NCBI GenBank assembly: GCA_000165345.1
Contig: CM000435.1
Location: forward strand, 1,214,459 to 1,278,458
Direction of reading: 5' to 3'
DNA: 64,000 nucleotides
Shown one piece after another: positions 50,276-61,336 of the stretch. Under the pieces are notes generated by a model that was not told the origin of the DNA, did no database searches, and saw only the letters and a list, made by a program, of their open reading frames with translations. Within the stretch, counting starts at the first letter, position 1, and each line of letters starts with the position of its first letter. The position numbers and the translations under genes are program-made.

Positions 50276-50283
50276 GACCCGCC
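50276..50283. promoter_or_regulatory. E2F-like half box GACCCGCC upstream of the 2323-aa giant gene
   Basis: About 100 nt upstream of ATG 50178 (minus strand). Confidence 0.3.
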
Positions 50284-50416
50284 TTTTTTTACAGGTAACT
50301 TATAGTCGACTAGACGGCCAGAAAGTGCTTATAATTGCTTAAGAATTTAACTAAAAGAAAACATGTAACGCAAACCGGATAAATTATAATAAAACAAAGA
50401 TACATAATTACTCTTG

Positions 50417-51405
50417 CTAGATACTTTTCTTTTGCTGTTCTCTAGAAGGTCTTTTCGACTCGCAGTGAGTTACAAGCCTTTTAAACATTTGAATATATTT
50501 TCTTGTAGTTTCATCATTCAAGACATGAGCAATATGAGAGGAAAAAATTTTTGTTCTTCCAGCTCTTTCGTGTATACCTACCATAGTTACGCCCATTGGC
50601 CATGGCGCATTTCCAATTGCCAATTCAATATATTTATCTTGAGCTTTATTGTAATCTCTTTGGTTACACAAAGTCACAATTTCAAATAATTTATCGAGAA
50701 CCTCTTTATCAACTTTTCCATCAGATGCCTCTAGCGAATTAACTAAAGGTTGAATGTCTCTTTTTGTTTGATAGTATTGAGCGGAATCCTGCATACCTTT
50801 TTCTGTTTCAGAGTCCGCTTTCTTTCGACATTTAAGTAGTTTCTCCCATTCTTTTAGCTGAGTATCTATCCATCTAAGAATAAACTTCTGATTGCTTTCT
50901 CCTTCTATATGCTCAAATTCCTCATATATCTCGACCTGTGTGTGGTCATCGCTTACAGAATAGAGAGAGAAATTAGGATCAAAGCCATGCAAAAAGATAT
51001 TCTGTTGGCCAATATTCATTTCTTCATTTGTTCTTCCCTTAAACTCTAATCTCCTTAGTCTATTATATCTTTCGTTATCATCCTCTCCAAATAAGGTTAT
51101 TGGTTCTCCAAGTAGTCTTAGCCTCTTTATAGTCTCCTCATTTTGTATAGGCAGGGAAGAGGTTAAGCATTCCGAACCATTTTCCAATTTATTTGAGATA
51201 ATTTTGCAATCACTATTAGATAAATCAATAACAGAACTACTATTTTCATGGTTACTTTTCTTTATTCTGTCTTCCGAAGTTATACAATGTGAATTCTTAA
51301 TATTCTCCTTCTTTACTTTTTTCAAATCCCTTTCTCTCTGCCTTCTGATATATTCTTGCCTCTCATGCTCTTGCACTTCACTTTGAGAAACCCAACTTCG
51401 GTTAT
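50417..51405 (-). CDS. PRP18: Pre-mRNA splicing factor PRP18, exon 2 of 2
   Basis: ETIKRLRLLGEPITLFGEDDNERYNRLRRLE (human [31 protein letters not shown]). [62 protein letters not shown] (human [59 protein letters not shown]). The exon starts at an AG acceptor in phase 1. Confidence 0.85.
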
Positions 51406-51474
51406 CTAAATGTAAACGAAAAAAAAGAGGTTATTAATCAGTAATTATAACGTCTGCATTATTATTAAACTTAC

Positions 51475-51532
51475 CTAGCTTCTTTTTAAGTTCTATTTTT
51501 TTAGAGTTAATAAGCTCCTCAAGAGATTCCAT
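51475..51532 (-). CDS. PRP18: PRP18 exon 1 (MESLEELINSKKIELKKKL-)
   Basis: ATG at 51532. Donor CTAG|GTAAGTTT. The 69-nt intron 51406-51474 ends TTTACATTTAG. The phase-1 join gives ...KKKLDNRSWVSQSEVQEHERQ, which parallels the human PRP18 N-terminus MDILKSEILRKRQLVEDRN. Confidence 0.7.
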
Positions 51533-51667
51533 CCAATTTAATTAGTCAGAAAATATCAAAAAAGATTACAAGAGTCATATAGAAAACTTTAAATTGTCCG
51601 CTTTTCCCAAAAAAGTACAACACTTAAATACAATTATGCAATCTTAAAACTTAATCAAACACATTAA

Positions 51668-51682
51668 CCGCGCGCGCCAATC
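51668..51682. promoter_or_regulatory. E2F-like GC box CCGCGCGCGCCAATC in the divergent PRP18 / secreted glycoprotein promoter
   Basis: About 135 nt from PRP18 ATG 51532 (minus) and about 130 nt from ATG 51814 (plus). Confidence 0.5.
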
Positions 51683-51813
51683 CCAGCAATAGTCTACTAT
51701 AACGAAGCTGTAAAATGAAAAGTCAAGTAAAATATATTCTTTGCATGGGGACTGATAAAAATTAAATTAAAATATGATAAAGAATATTTTAAACTCTGAA
51801 TAGATTTAGAATA

Positions 51814-54800
51814 ATGCGGAAGATAACAATTTTTTATTTTTATTTAATAATATTGTTAAAAACTTCAAATTGCCAGATACCTGGAGGAAATTATGACAAG
51901 ATCACGGTAGAACCATACTTGGCACAAAATGGATCTCCTTATGGAATTGATGTAAAAGACCCTAAACCAACACCTCCATATTATGAAACTGTTTGGGGTG
52001 CAATTTCGGTTCCCCCATTAATCACTCCATGTCAATTTATTAATCCAATAACTTTAACAGTGGGAAACCTTAATAGAACTGATCCCGTTCCAGTTGAGTT
52101 CTCATGCGATACCAAAAAATTGAGTGGAACATCCAAAATACAAACTCAATACGGAGTTCTTACTATCTCAAATGCTGTTGCTTTATCCCCACTTTGTGAA
52201 GCTGCTGCCACACTTTTAAACGGAATAACTCCTACTATAATTCAAACCTACTCCTATACTAACCTAACTTATTATATAACAAATGATATGATTGAAAGCC
52301 TAATTCTTAAATTTCCACAGACCCATCAATCTTTAGACGGTCAGGGAGAGATTAATTGGCTTTCTCAACACATATTTAGTGAAGTTTGGTATGATATTAA
52401 AGACGACCTTGGTCTTGCACCTGAATTAAGCCCTAAAATGACAATACCATTAATCTATAGGGTATTTCTACCAAGCGATATACTTCCAGGAAAAAATGTT
52501 GTTGGTTCTAATGGCGATCACTATTTTGTGGATGCATTTAATGTTACCATTTTAGATGTTTCATCGTTAGAGCATTCTAGAGATAATAGTGACAATTTGT
52601 GGGTTCCAAAGTATGGATTAGGAGGTTTTATTCCTACAATTACCCCAACTTATCAGATGAAGGTAATTCCATACTTTAGTAACGTCACAACTCACTACAA
52701 TAACGCTGCTATTACGTGGGGACAAACAAATATTCCATTTACTGTTACTCCAATCAGAGTTGTGCCACCTTCAAGATTACCTGAGCAGACTCTGAGTTTC
52801 CAAAAAAAATCTAATTGCTCAAGCAACTTTGATTTTTATTTCCCACTAAGACCTTATACAATGGTTGGAAACCTTATAGATGATGAAGATCCAAGAGATC
52901 TTTCGCTTTTACTGAGTAAAAAATCAGGCTCCATATTTCAAAGAAATACTCTTAAAGGAATGGGATTTTTCAACAAATTTATTATTATGAATAACCCCAA
53001 AAGAACAGGAATATTAGAAGATACTGGGTCACCATCAATTATAATTGAAGAGAATTTTATTGGAGGATGTTTTTTTAATGGAACGTTCCCGTTTACACCC
53101 TCAATAGAAAATAAAGGATTTTACCAACAAGGACGTTGTTCCAGTGAACAATTAAATTCTAGTACTAAGTATAAAAGCCCATTTTATCCTCCACCAAAGA
53201 AATTTGATGGATACTTCCAACCTTCGTTAGATCACCCAGGATTGCAAACTACTATTCTTCAAACAGTGAGCTATACCCAGAATGGTGGAGGTCCTAAGGA
53301 ACTAGATGACTCAAAAAAAACCTTTATCAGAAATTATCCAGGAATTTCTGTAGTCAGCCAAATTTTTTATGGAATTTTCTTACAGGGGCCCAGAGTTACA
53401 TGGCAATCCTCATTGTTTCATAACCAAAATAATCCAATTATACCGGAGGGATCTTTTTATGCCTTTTCACCGCAATATATTGAAAAAATGTTTGGTTCCT
53501 TTAACCTTCCTGGGGGTGGAGCCAGCTGCAGAGCTGCTAGAATGCTTCCAATTCCAACGGAAATGGTAGATGTAAAAGTCACTTGGCAATGCTATACACC
53601 AGCAACTCCTGTTTCACTTTTGTATTCAACTACTACTCTTAAGGATCAAGCATTTGAAACTTGCATGGAGGCAAACCCTCCTCCTGCAAGCCTTGCAAAT
53701 TGTATTACGGCTGAAAAGAAGTTGCCATATACTCTTAATACTGGATTACAAAAAGGAAATACTTGGAGCGCTAAAATTGAATCTAAGGAGTATAGCACTA
53801 CCACCCCATTACTTTTTATACAAAATAACACGTCGCCGCACGTAATATATGGGTATTCTCCAACAGGTTGGTGGATTGAAACATTACCATATCCAAATAA
53901 CTACAATCAATGGTTCCTCCGTACTCAGACTTGCGCGTACCCTTCAGAAATTCCAATATTCCCTACAGATATCCCTCAAGTATTCACTATCAAATCAGTA
54001 CCAAAAGCATGGGATCACATTAATACAGGTCATCATTTCGCTACAATACCTTACACAAGTCAAAATACATCATTTAGTTTTGAAGTTTTGCTGAATGAAG
54101 TTTCATATTTTTCTAGTATGACTGAAATTATTAAATTCGAGTCTCAGCTGTTATGTGAAGGGCACCACTCTATCCACCTTGAAACTTTACCTTCTGAAGC
54201 TTTAGTTCAAGAAATACTTCCTCCTGAATCAATAATTGTTTCTGCAATTATTAAACCATTTAGCATACTATCAGAGCAAAATGTTAACTGTTTTCTTGTT
54301 TTCCGTGCCTTACCTGAAAACTTGAAACAGGCTACATCAATCCCCACAGCTTATGGAACTCTTGCAAACCAGATTCCTACTGCCCCTATAAGGGGAATTG
54401 GAGAATATATTTACTTTTTAAGTGCAGATATGCCTCCTCAGATGGAAGAATTCTCTCTGTTGATTCCAAACCCAGGAAAAACATCTGCAAGTGATACTCT
54501 TTATCTTCAAATACCTAGAATCGCATTCCCAACAACAGTACAATCATCTGTTTTTCCTTCACTAGGGATCATTGCATCATCAGACCCAGTGGTATCATCA
54601 TCTTCAAGGATTTTAATTATAGGAGATCAACTGCAACTTTTGCAACAATCAATAAGGCTACCATCAACAGAAAAAGCCTGGTATGTTTTTCTGAAAGCTT
54701 CAACGCCGTCCAACAGCGGTTGCCTAATCCCTTGCGATAAAAGTCTCAAAAATCATTACATATCTCCTTATTGTAGCTACGGAAATGAACCAATTTGTCC

Positions 54801-56265
54801 ATATCAGAAAGTAATTATGAATGATCAACTTGAGAGCAGAGAACAAATAATGGAATTAATAGCTGCTGCAACACATTCATTATCCTACTTATCTCTTTTT
54901 GATGGACTTCAACTCGGTATTTCTTTGTTTTCACAGCCAGTATCTCAATCTCTCGTTTGGAATGAATACTTTGATGTATTGTATGATATGCTTTTAGATA
55001 ACCCAAAAAATCCAACTTCTGCGGATTATTCAGCATCTAAAATTACAGTTTTTGGAATCTTAAATATGATACTCCGAAATGCATTAGAAAACCCAAAGCT
55101 ACAAATAGATACAATTAAGCCATTCAATTCGATTATGAATAATACATTAATATCTGAATGCGCAAATAGCCCTGGGTTTAAGTTTCTCCTTTTAGAAACT
55201 ATAGACCTTCTTGTTGCAGTAAACGGGTGGGATTTCATTTCATCAAATATTCAATACTTGCAAGTAGTTGAATTAATATTGCAATCAATTGGAAATAGGT
55301 TATCATTTTCGGACCCTATTAGATCTCAATTTAAATGGGATGGACCTAATTCTAAAATTACTTTCGAGAGTAAAACATTTGCCAAGCAGGACTTAAAATC
55401 AGGATTTAAGTTAGATACAATAAATATTCCGCCTTTTTCTCTCTCAAACAACATTGAATTTCAGCTTGCAGAATCTATTTATATGATTCAGAATCCTAGA
55501 TACTTTGATCACCAGTTAGCAAGTTCTTATTGGATTCCTTCCTGCCCAAATAATACTCTATCCATCTCAGTTTCAAAGTATCCAAATGAGCTTATAAGAC
55601 AATCCATCCATAAACATATTTCCAATGAAGATCAAGTTGTAATACCAGTACTATCTACATCATTTTTTGCATGCTCTATTGACTATTATCTAATTAACAT
55701 TCCAACCCCAGTTTCTTTCAATATTGATATTGAACTTGACATACAAGCTAATATCACAAGCCTTTCGTGTGTTGCAAGGAAAGGAGATCAGTGGGATGGA
55801 TCTTTATGCCAAACATTCCACCGCTATAATGAGTTTAATACTAGAAAATCTCAAATTCAATGTCTTTGCAATGCATTATCTAGTTATGCTCTTAAAGGCA
55901 CAGTTACTCCCTTAAACAAATATCAAAATGATACAGCAGCTTGGCCAGGATTTGATGGAGATTTTGGTGGATTCATTCCTAATATTTCTGAAATTCGTCC
56001 TTTATTAGGAAATGTTGGGTCTGGGTTTATATTCCTTCAAGGAGACTCAACTAACAAGAAAAACCCAAATAGCAATTTAGAAGATGGTCAGGTTGGAAGA
56101 TATTCGGTCAATTATAAGCGAGAAAAAAATAATACAAGCGAAACTGTTGGGCTTGTTCAGGAACAATCAGCATTTAATGGTATTGCTTACTATGATTATG
56201 ATTTTCTCTATTCGTGGGAGCCAAAATCATACAATTTAACAGTAAATGTGACTATTGAGCATTAA
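51814..56265 (+). CDS. Large secreted glycoprotein (1483 aa), Cys-containing, many N-glycosylation sequons
   Basis: Signal peptide MRKITIFYFYLIILLKTSNCQ. No TM helix afterwards. Many NxS/T sequons and scattered Cys. No homology recognised; likely lineage-specific. Confidence 0.6.
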   Translation: MRKITIFYFYLIILLKTSNCQIPGGNYDKITVEPYLAQNGSPYGIDVKDPKPTPPYYETVWGAISVPPLITPCQFINPITLTVGNLNRTDPVPVEFSCDTKKLSGTSKIQTQYGVLTISNAVALSPLCEAAATLLNGITPTIIQTYSYTNLTYYITNDMIESLILKFPQTHQSLDGQGEINWLSQHIFSEVWYDIKDDLGLAPELSPKMTIPLIYRVFLPSDILPGKNVVGSNGDHYFVDAFNVTILDVSSLEHSRDNSDNLWVPKYGLGGFIPTITPTYQMKVIPYFSNVTTHYNNAAITWGQTNIPFTVTPIRVVPPSRLPEQTLSFQKKSNCSSNFDFYFPLRPYTMVGNLIDDEDPRDLSLLLSKKSGSIFQRNTLKGMGFFNKFIIMNNPKRTGILEDTGSPSIIIEENFIGGCFFNGTFPFTPSIENKGFYQQGRCSSEQLNSSTKYKSPFYPPPKKFDGYFQPSLDHPGLQTTILQTVSYTQNGGGPKELDDSKKTFIRNYPGISVVSQIFYGIFLQGPRVTWQSSLFHNQNNPIIPEGSFYAFSPQYIEKMFGSFNLPGGGASCRAARMLPIPTEMVDVKVTWQCYTPATPVSLLYSTTTLKDQAFETCMEANPPPASLANCITAEKKLPYTLNTGLQKGNTWSAKIESKEYSTTTPLLFIQNNTSPHVIYGYSPTGWWIETLPYPNNYNQWFLRTQTCAYPSEIPIFPTDIPQVFTIKSVPKAWDHINTGHHFATIPYTSQNTSFSFEVLLNEVSYFSSMTEIIKFESQLLCEGHHSIHLETLPSEALVQEILPPESIIVSAIIKPFSILSEQNVNCFLVFRALPENLKQATSIPTAYGTLANQIPTAPIRGIGEYIYFLSADMPPQMEEFSLLIPNPGKTSASDTLYLQIPRIAFPTTVQSSVFPSLGIIASSDPVVSSSSRILIIGDQLQLLQQSIRLPSTEKAWYVFLKASTPSNSGCLIPCDKSLKNHYISPYCSYGNEPICPYQKVIMNDQLESREQIMELIAAATHSLSYLSLFDGLQLGISLFSQPVSQSLVWNEYFDVLYDMLLDNPKNPTSADYSASKITVFGILNMILRNALENPKLQIDTIKPFNSIMNNTLISECANSPGFKFLLLETIDLLVAVNGWDFISSNIQYLQVVELILQSIGNRLSFSDPIRSQFKWDGPNSKITFESKTFAKQDLKSGFKLDTINIPPFSLSNNIEFQLAESIYMIQNPRYFDHQLASSYWIPSCPNNTLSISVSKYPNELIRQSIHKHISNEDQVVIPVLSTSFFACSIDYYLINIPTPVSFNIDIELDIQANITSLSCVARKGDQWDGSLCQTFHRYNEFNTRKSQIQCLCNALSSYALKGTVTPLNKYQNDTAAWPGFDGDFGGFIPNISEIRPLLGNVGSGFIFLQGDSTNKKNPNSNLEDGQVGRYSVNYKREKNNTSETVGLVQEQSAFNGIAYYDYDFLYSWEPKSYNLTVNVTIEH

Positions 56266-56738
56266 ACTATAAGATAATTTGCCAAATTATTCAAATAGAA
56301 ACTGAATCAAAATTTTTAATCATTATTAAGCAATTTTGTTAACAAAAATAGCAAAATACATTAGAAAACAAAGTTAAGGTTGTAGGAATAAATGTAAAAT
56401 ACCAAAGGCGATTAATTTTTTTTATTTCTCTTTCGGCATTTTCTTTACTTACATTAACAATTTTTTTTGATTTCCCTCCAAATAATTTATTATTTGGTAA
56501 AGGTAAATCTCAAGTGTGGGCATTCACAGTCAAATCCTGACCATAGAAAAATCCCACATTAGACATGTGGAAACAAAAATTCAAAAAAAATATAAATATG
56601 AAATTCAATTAAACTATAAAGATGAATTTATAAGATTAAAATTTATTGTTCATTTCCTCAATTAATACTGGTAGATTATAACTCAGGTAGAAAAATCAAA
56701 TTAAGGTTCAAATATTTTTTTAATATCTTTTTTTAACA

Positions 56739-57458
56739 ATGAATAATTTCATAAATGAGATGTCAATCAAGTTAATATACAAAGCTACTAAATACATATT
56801 TATTTACATGATTTTTGCTTTACTTTTAAAAAAACTAGAAGATAATAGTCATAAAATATCTTTTGATTCGAACTTATCGCTTATAAAGGTTCTAAACTCA
56901 TTCGAAAATTTACAAATAGATTTAATGGAAGACCCAAAAGACCTAAAATTAGCTATTGATACTGAAGACATAAATCAGCCTGATATTTCTGAAAAAAATA
57001 ACTCAACATATGTTTCTGATAAATTGGATGCTCATTTAGAAGCTGAAAATGACATAAATGAGAAAGTGCGTGTTCCCAAGATTCAATTATTATCTGAAGT
57101 AAACTTAGTATTAATTGGTCAAGAATCAAAGTCTGAAACTGAATCTCCTAAAAGTAACCAAGATGACGCAGAGAAGTATGAGCCATCCAATCAATTTAAT
57201 AGAGAAGATCTAGAAAATCACATTTCAAAATTAACGAAGAAAGTGAAGAAACTTCTCAAAGAGCTTGAAAGGGTTGAATTCATCGTGAATTTATATTCAA
57301 AGGCATTTCTTTCGGATTCAAGCATGAGTAATACGATAAAATATATTAAAAAATATGAGTTTCTAAAAAAATGTCATCAAGAAAATCTAGAATTACTTAG
57401 TAAAAAGAAAGCGGAATTAGATGAATATCAGAAAATGTTGTCTAAAACCGGGATTTAG
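56739..57458 (+). CDS. Hypothetical small protein with N-terminal hydrophobic anchor and C-terminal coiled coil
   Basis: 239-aa ATG ORF in an AT-rich gap. Hydrophobic YIFIYMIFALLL near the N-terminus. C-terminal heptads KKVKKLLKELERVEF. Weak support only. Confidence 0.3.
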   Translation: MNNFINEMSIKLIYKATKYIFIYMIFALLLKKLEDNSHKISFDSNLSLIKVLNSFENLQIDLMEDPKDLKLAIDTEDINQPDISEKNNSTYVSDKLDAHLEAENDINEKVRVPKIQLLSEVNLVLIGQESKSETESPKSNQDDAEKYEPSNQFNREDLENHISKLTKKVKKLLKELERVEFIVNLYSKAFLSDSSMSNTIKYIKKYEFLKKCHQENLELLSKKKAELDEYQKMLSKTGI

Positions 57459-58115
57459 AATTTATTACAATATTCTATTAATTATTTAAGAAAGCTAATA
57501 ATCTAGTTGAAAAAATAATTAATCTTTTTTTTTTTTTAAATACAATTTTTTTTCAGTTATTAAGGCTTAAATTTTCCGTTATACTTTTGCAAATCTTTTG
57601 CCAAACGTTAATTTATTCACCTTAAATTGGTAAAGATATTTTGTAATTATCTTATTTTTAAAGCATGCACAAATATTTTTATATCGAATTAAAAAAATTC
57701 AATATAGCAATCAAATATTAGCATTTAAAAAAAATTAGCTCAGAAATAGCGATCTTTGATTAAGAACTTTATCCTATATTTGAATAATTAAAGTTTGATC
57801 CAGCTCTATTCCAAACTTTACAACTTCCCAAATATGTCATTTTTGTTTTTCTTACCACTTTAATCTTCTTCAATTTTGTGTTATCGAATGGGATTATCAA
57901 AGTAAGCAAATATCCCTTTATTCGGCATCTTACAAATTATTAGAAAGTATTTTGAAACAATAATTAACAATACAACTAAATTTCAGAAAATCACTTGATA
58001 TGCCTACAAAATCCTAATTATTTTTATTTAAATAAACTATCAATATGAATTTTACTTGAGTTGACAATTTAGATATTTGGAAATGGCTAAGGCCATATTT
58101 ATCAATGCAGATACT

Positions 58116-60973
58116 TTACATTTTGTTTCTAATTTCTTTCGAAGTATCTTCAATAATGTCATTTTTAGTGATTACTTGCTCACCATCAACCATTTTATCC
58201 TTTTCCCCATAACTTTCCACATCTGCCAGCTTGCTGGAAAGATTGGGTTGATTTGGAAGATTTAGTGTATTAAAACTCGAATTACCTTCCTGATTATTAT
58301 GATTTTCATTTTCTTGGTTAGGATATGTAGCTGGCTTTGAGTTTTGTTCTGTAGAAGTGATTGGTAAGCGTTCTGAGTCCAATCCTTCTTCTGGAGAAGT
58401 AGCAGGAGTGTGATCTGAGCTGGATCCTGTTTCTGGTATAGTAGCAGAAGGATGATTTGAACTTGATCCAGTCTCTGGAATTGTCACAGGCGCGTGATCT
58501 GAGCCTGACCCGGTCTCTGGAATCGTCACAGGTGCGTGATCTGAGTCTGATCCAGTCTCTGGAATAGTAACAGAAGGATGATTTGAACTTGATTCAGTCT
58601 CTGGAACTGTCACAGAAGGATGATTTGAACTTGATCCAGTCTCTGGAACTGTCACAGAAGGATGATTTGAACTTGATCCAGTCTCTGGAATAGTAACAGA
58701 AGGATGATTTGAACTTGATTCAGTCTCTGGAACTGTCACAGAAGGATGATTTGAACTTGATCCAGTCTCTGGAATAGTAACAGGCGCGTGATCTGAGCCT
58801 GACCCGGTCTCTGGAATCGTCACAGGTGCGTGATCTGAGCCTGATCCAGTCTCTGGAACTGTCACAGAAGGATGATTTGAACTTGATCCAGTCTCTGGAA
58901 TAGTGGCAGGATGATCTGAACCCGAATCAGTCTCTGGTTTAGTAACAGAAGGATGGTTTGAACTTGATCCAGTCTCTGGAATAGTAACAGAAGGATGATT
59001 TGAACTTGATCCAGTCTCTGGAATTGTCACAGGTGCGTGATCTGAGTCTGATCCAGTCTCTGGAACTGTCACAGAAGGATGATTTGAACTTGATCCAGTA
59101 TCTGGAATTGTCACAGAAGGATGATTTGAACTTGATCCAGTCTCTGGAATAGTAACAGAAGGATGATTTGAACTTGATTCAGTCTCTGGAATTGTCACAG
59201 AAGGATGATTTGAACTTGATCCAGTATCTGGAATTGTCACAGAAGGATGATTTGAACTTGATCCAGTCTCTGGAACTGTCACAGAAGGATGGTTTGAACT
59301 TGATCCAGTATCTGGAACTGTCACAGAAGGATGATTTGAACTTGATTCGTTTTCTGGTGAGGTAATAGGGGCTTGCTCTGAACCAGATTCTTGATGTTCA
59401 CCATTTGAGGGCTTTTCTGTAGGATGCGGTCTAACAACTGGATGAGGCTTTGTGTTTTGGTTCTGAGTTAAGTTATTCCCACCTGATTCTGGATTTGTTG
59501 AGTTTAGTGGCTTCATTATTTCATTTTGAATATTTTGATTTTCTTGATTATTCAAGTGGCCATTTTCTTTTATAGGCGCATGTTTAATTAAAGAAGAAGA
59601 AAATCCATCGATAATACTCCAATATCCAATTGTGGAGATTGAGTTTTCTCCGGCTTCAAGAGAAATTTTGTTGATTTTATTTGTGTTAATTGGAATATAT
59701 CCAAGAATGCAGTTATTCCATGTAAGGAAAAGATAATATTCAGAATTAGAAGATTGGAGAGTTGTCGCTAAGTCTTTCTCAGAACCAAAAGTCATTTTAT
59801 TCTCAGCGCGATTAAAGGGTTTAAGACAATGTGCTTCATTCTTTTCAAAACATGTTTTTGTATAGAAAACACAAGCGATTGAATAACTTACAGCTTCAAG
59901 AGCGTGTTTCCTATCAAGGATAAAAATATCACCTCCGAGCCAACTACCATTTATCAAGCCAAGCTCAAATTTAATTTCGAATTTAGTAGAAATGTTTTTC
60001 AAAATTCCGGATCCATCTGGATTTAAAACAAATAATGACTTTGCATCGTTTGAATCAAAGAAACTAATTGAAATAGGTAAAAGATCAGTTCTTGGAACAT
60101 TAAATCCAAATCTTAAATAATTTCCCTTAGTTAGACCGCCATAATACGGAATTAAAACAACATTCGATTTGCACACATTCATTGCTTCAGAAATACTGCA
60201 AACATTATTTGATTTAGAAAGTGCTAGCATTTCATTGTTAATTTTCATCGCATCATTGACTGATATTTTGTCGCCATTATTTGTACCATTCTTATAATTC
60301 CCAGCAAAAAGAATAATTTTCGAGTGGGTATTATCAAATAAATAACTGGAACTTTCATCCCAGTATAATGAAAGGTTTATTTTTGTTGAATTTGACCATT
60401 CTTCGGGTATTTGAGAAATGCTAGATATTGTAGAATCGTTGTCAAATAAACTTACTTCATTGTCATTCAACCAAAGAAGCATTTGTTTTTTCAAGTTTGT
60501 TGTGCCAAATAAGTTAGAAACGAGCATTGGAATATTCCTAAAATCGTTCCTCTTAATAGTAAAATTGATTAACCCTTTAGAACCATTAGTTATTCCAGAA
60601 TTTTCATTATGAAAATTTAAATTTGGGCAATTTTTACTGTTTATATTAAATACAGTACCATTGTGAGATAAAACTGAAAAGATTTTATCACCATGCCCAT
60701 CTGGGGAATTAAGGCCCAAATTAATATTCGATTGGCCTGAATGTTTATCTTTGGATTCGGAGAAATCTTCATCTAAAACTTGTTCCATGGAATTATTTTT
60801 TAAATCTATTTCTTTCTCATTTGATGAAAAATATTCACTAGTAGTTTTCGTACTAGTAGTAGTTTTCGTACTAGCAGTAGTTCTTGTAGTAGTAGTAGTT
60901 CTTGTAGTAGTAGTAGTTCTTGTAGTAGTAGTAGTTCTTGTAGTAGTAGTAGTAGTAGTAGGGATTTTCATAA
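58116..60973 (-). CDS. Mucin-like glycoprotein, exon 5 of 5 (Thr-rich stalk, ~450-aa domain, then ~24 tandem 15-aa S/T/P repeats)
   Basis: 951 codons. The exon opens with (TTTTTR)n, then a Cys-containing Asn-rich domain, then repeats of SSSNHPSVT(I/V)PETG(S). It ends with an Asn/Gln-rich tail. The acceptor ATATTTAG lies 2 nt upstream of the MKIP... codon at 60971, so the exon is entered in phase 1. Confidence 0.8.
58380..59370 (-). repeat. In-frame 45-nt tandem coding repeats (~22-24 copies) of the mucin gene
   Basis: Repeated ccagtctctggaa(t/c)(a/t)gtcacagaaggatgatttgaacttgat units with point variants. They encode the SSSNHPSVTIPETGS units. Confidence 0.85.
60845..60963 (-). repeat. 18-nt ACT/AGA-codon repeats encoding (TTTTTR)n
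   Basis: gtagtagtagtagttctt tandem units on the plus strand at the 5' end of mucin exon 5. Confidence 0.8.
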
Positions 60974-61019
60974 CTAAATATTTAGTTAAATGATAAAAAA
61001 TTTAAAAATATTGACTTAC

Positions 61020-61140
61020 TAAATTCGCTTCTGTCTGTAAGTGTCCATTTGAATTCTTCATCTAGTAAAGTAGTGTTGAAAAAAGTGGGTTCTACTCCAA
61101 ATTCCTTTGTTTTGAAAATAAGACTATCTGGCCTATTAAA
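61020..61140 (-). CDS. Mucin-like glycoprotein, exon 4
   Basis: Encodes FNRPDSLIFKTKEFGVEPTFFNTTLLDEEFKWTLTDRSEF. It is flanked by intron 61141-61188 (GTAAGTGAGCC...CGTTTTTAG, 48 nt) and intron 60974-61019 (GTAAGTCAA...ATATTTAG, 46 nt). Phases are 0 in and 1 out, matching exon 5. Confidence 0.6.
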
Positions 61141-61188
61141 CTAAAAACGGTTATATTTCATTCAAGAAGTTTTCTGTGGCTCACTTAC

Positions 61189-61283
61189 CATATAAAGTGA
61201 GAATTCATCATTGTAAAAATCAAAAGTAAATGAACAAGGATTTTGATTTCCAGGTTTTGCTATTTTATCGCTAGAAACAGAGT
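61189..61283 (-). CDS. Mucin-like glycoprotein, exon 3
   Basis: Encodes (Y)SVSSDKIAKPGNQNPCSFTFDFYNDEFSLYM. Acceptor AAATTTAG|AC in phase 1. Donor TATATG|GTAAGTG in phase 0. Confidence 0.55.
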
Positions 61284-61336
61284 CTAAATTTATGGGATTA
61301 GAATCCATAAGTTAAATGGGTTACAAGTAAACTTAC

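Noticed and set aside
59168-59365. Plus-strand ORF LELSQKDDLNLIQ... and the poly-Val ORF at 60751-60993
   Set aside because: They are antisense translations of the mucin 45-nt repeats and of the (ACT)n Thr-codon repeat. They are periodic only because the sense strand is.
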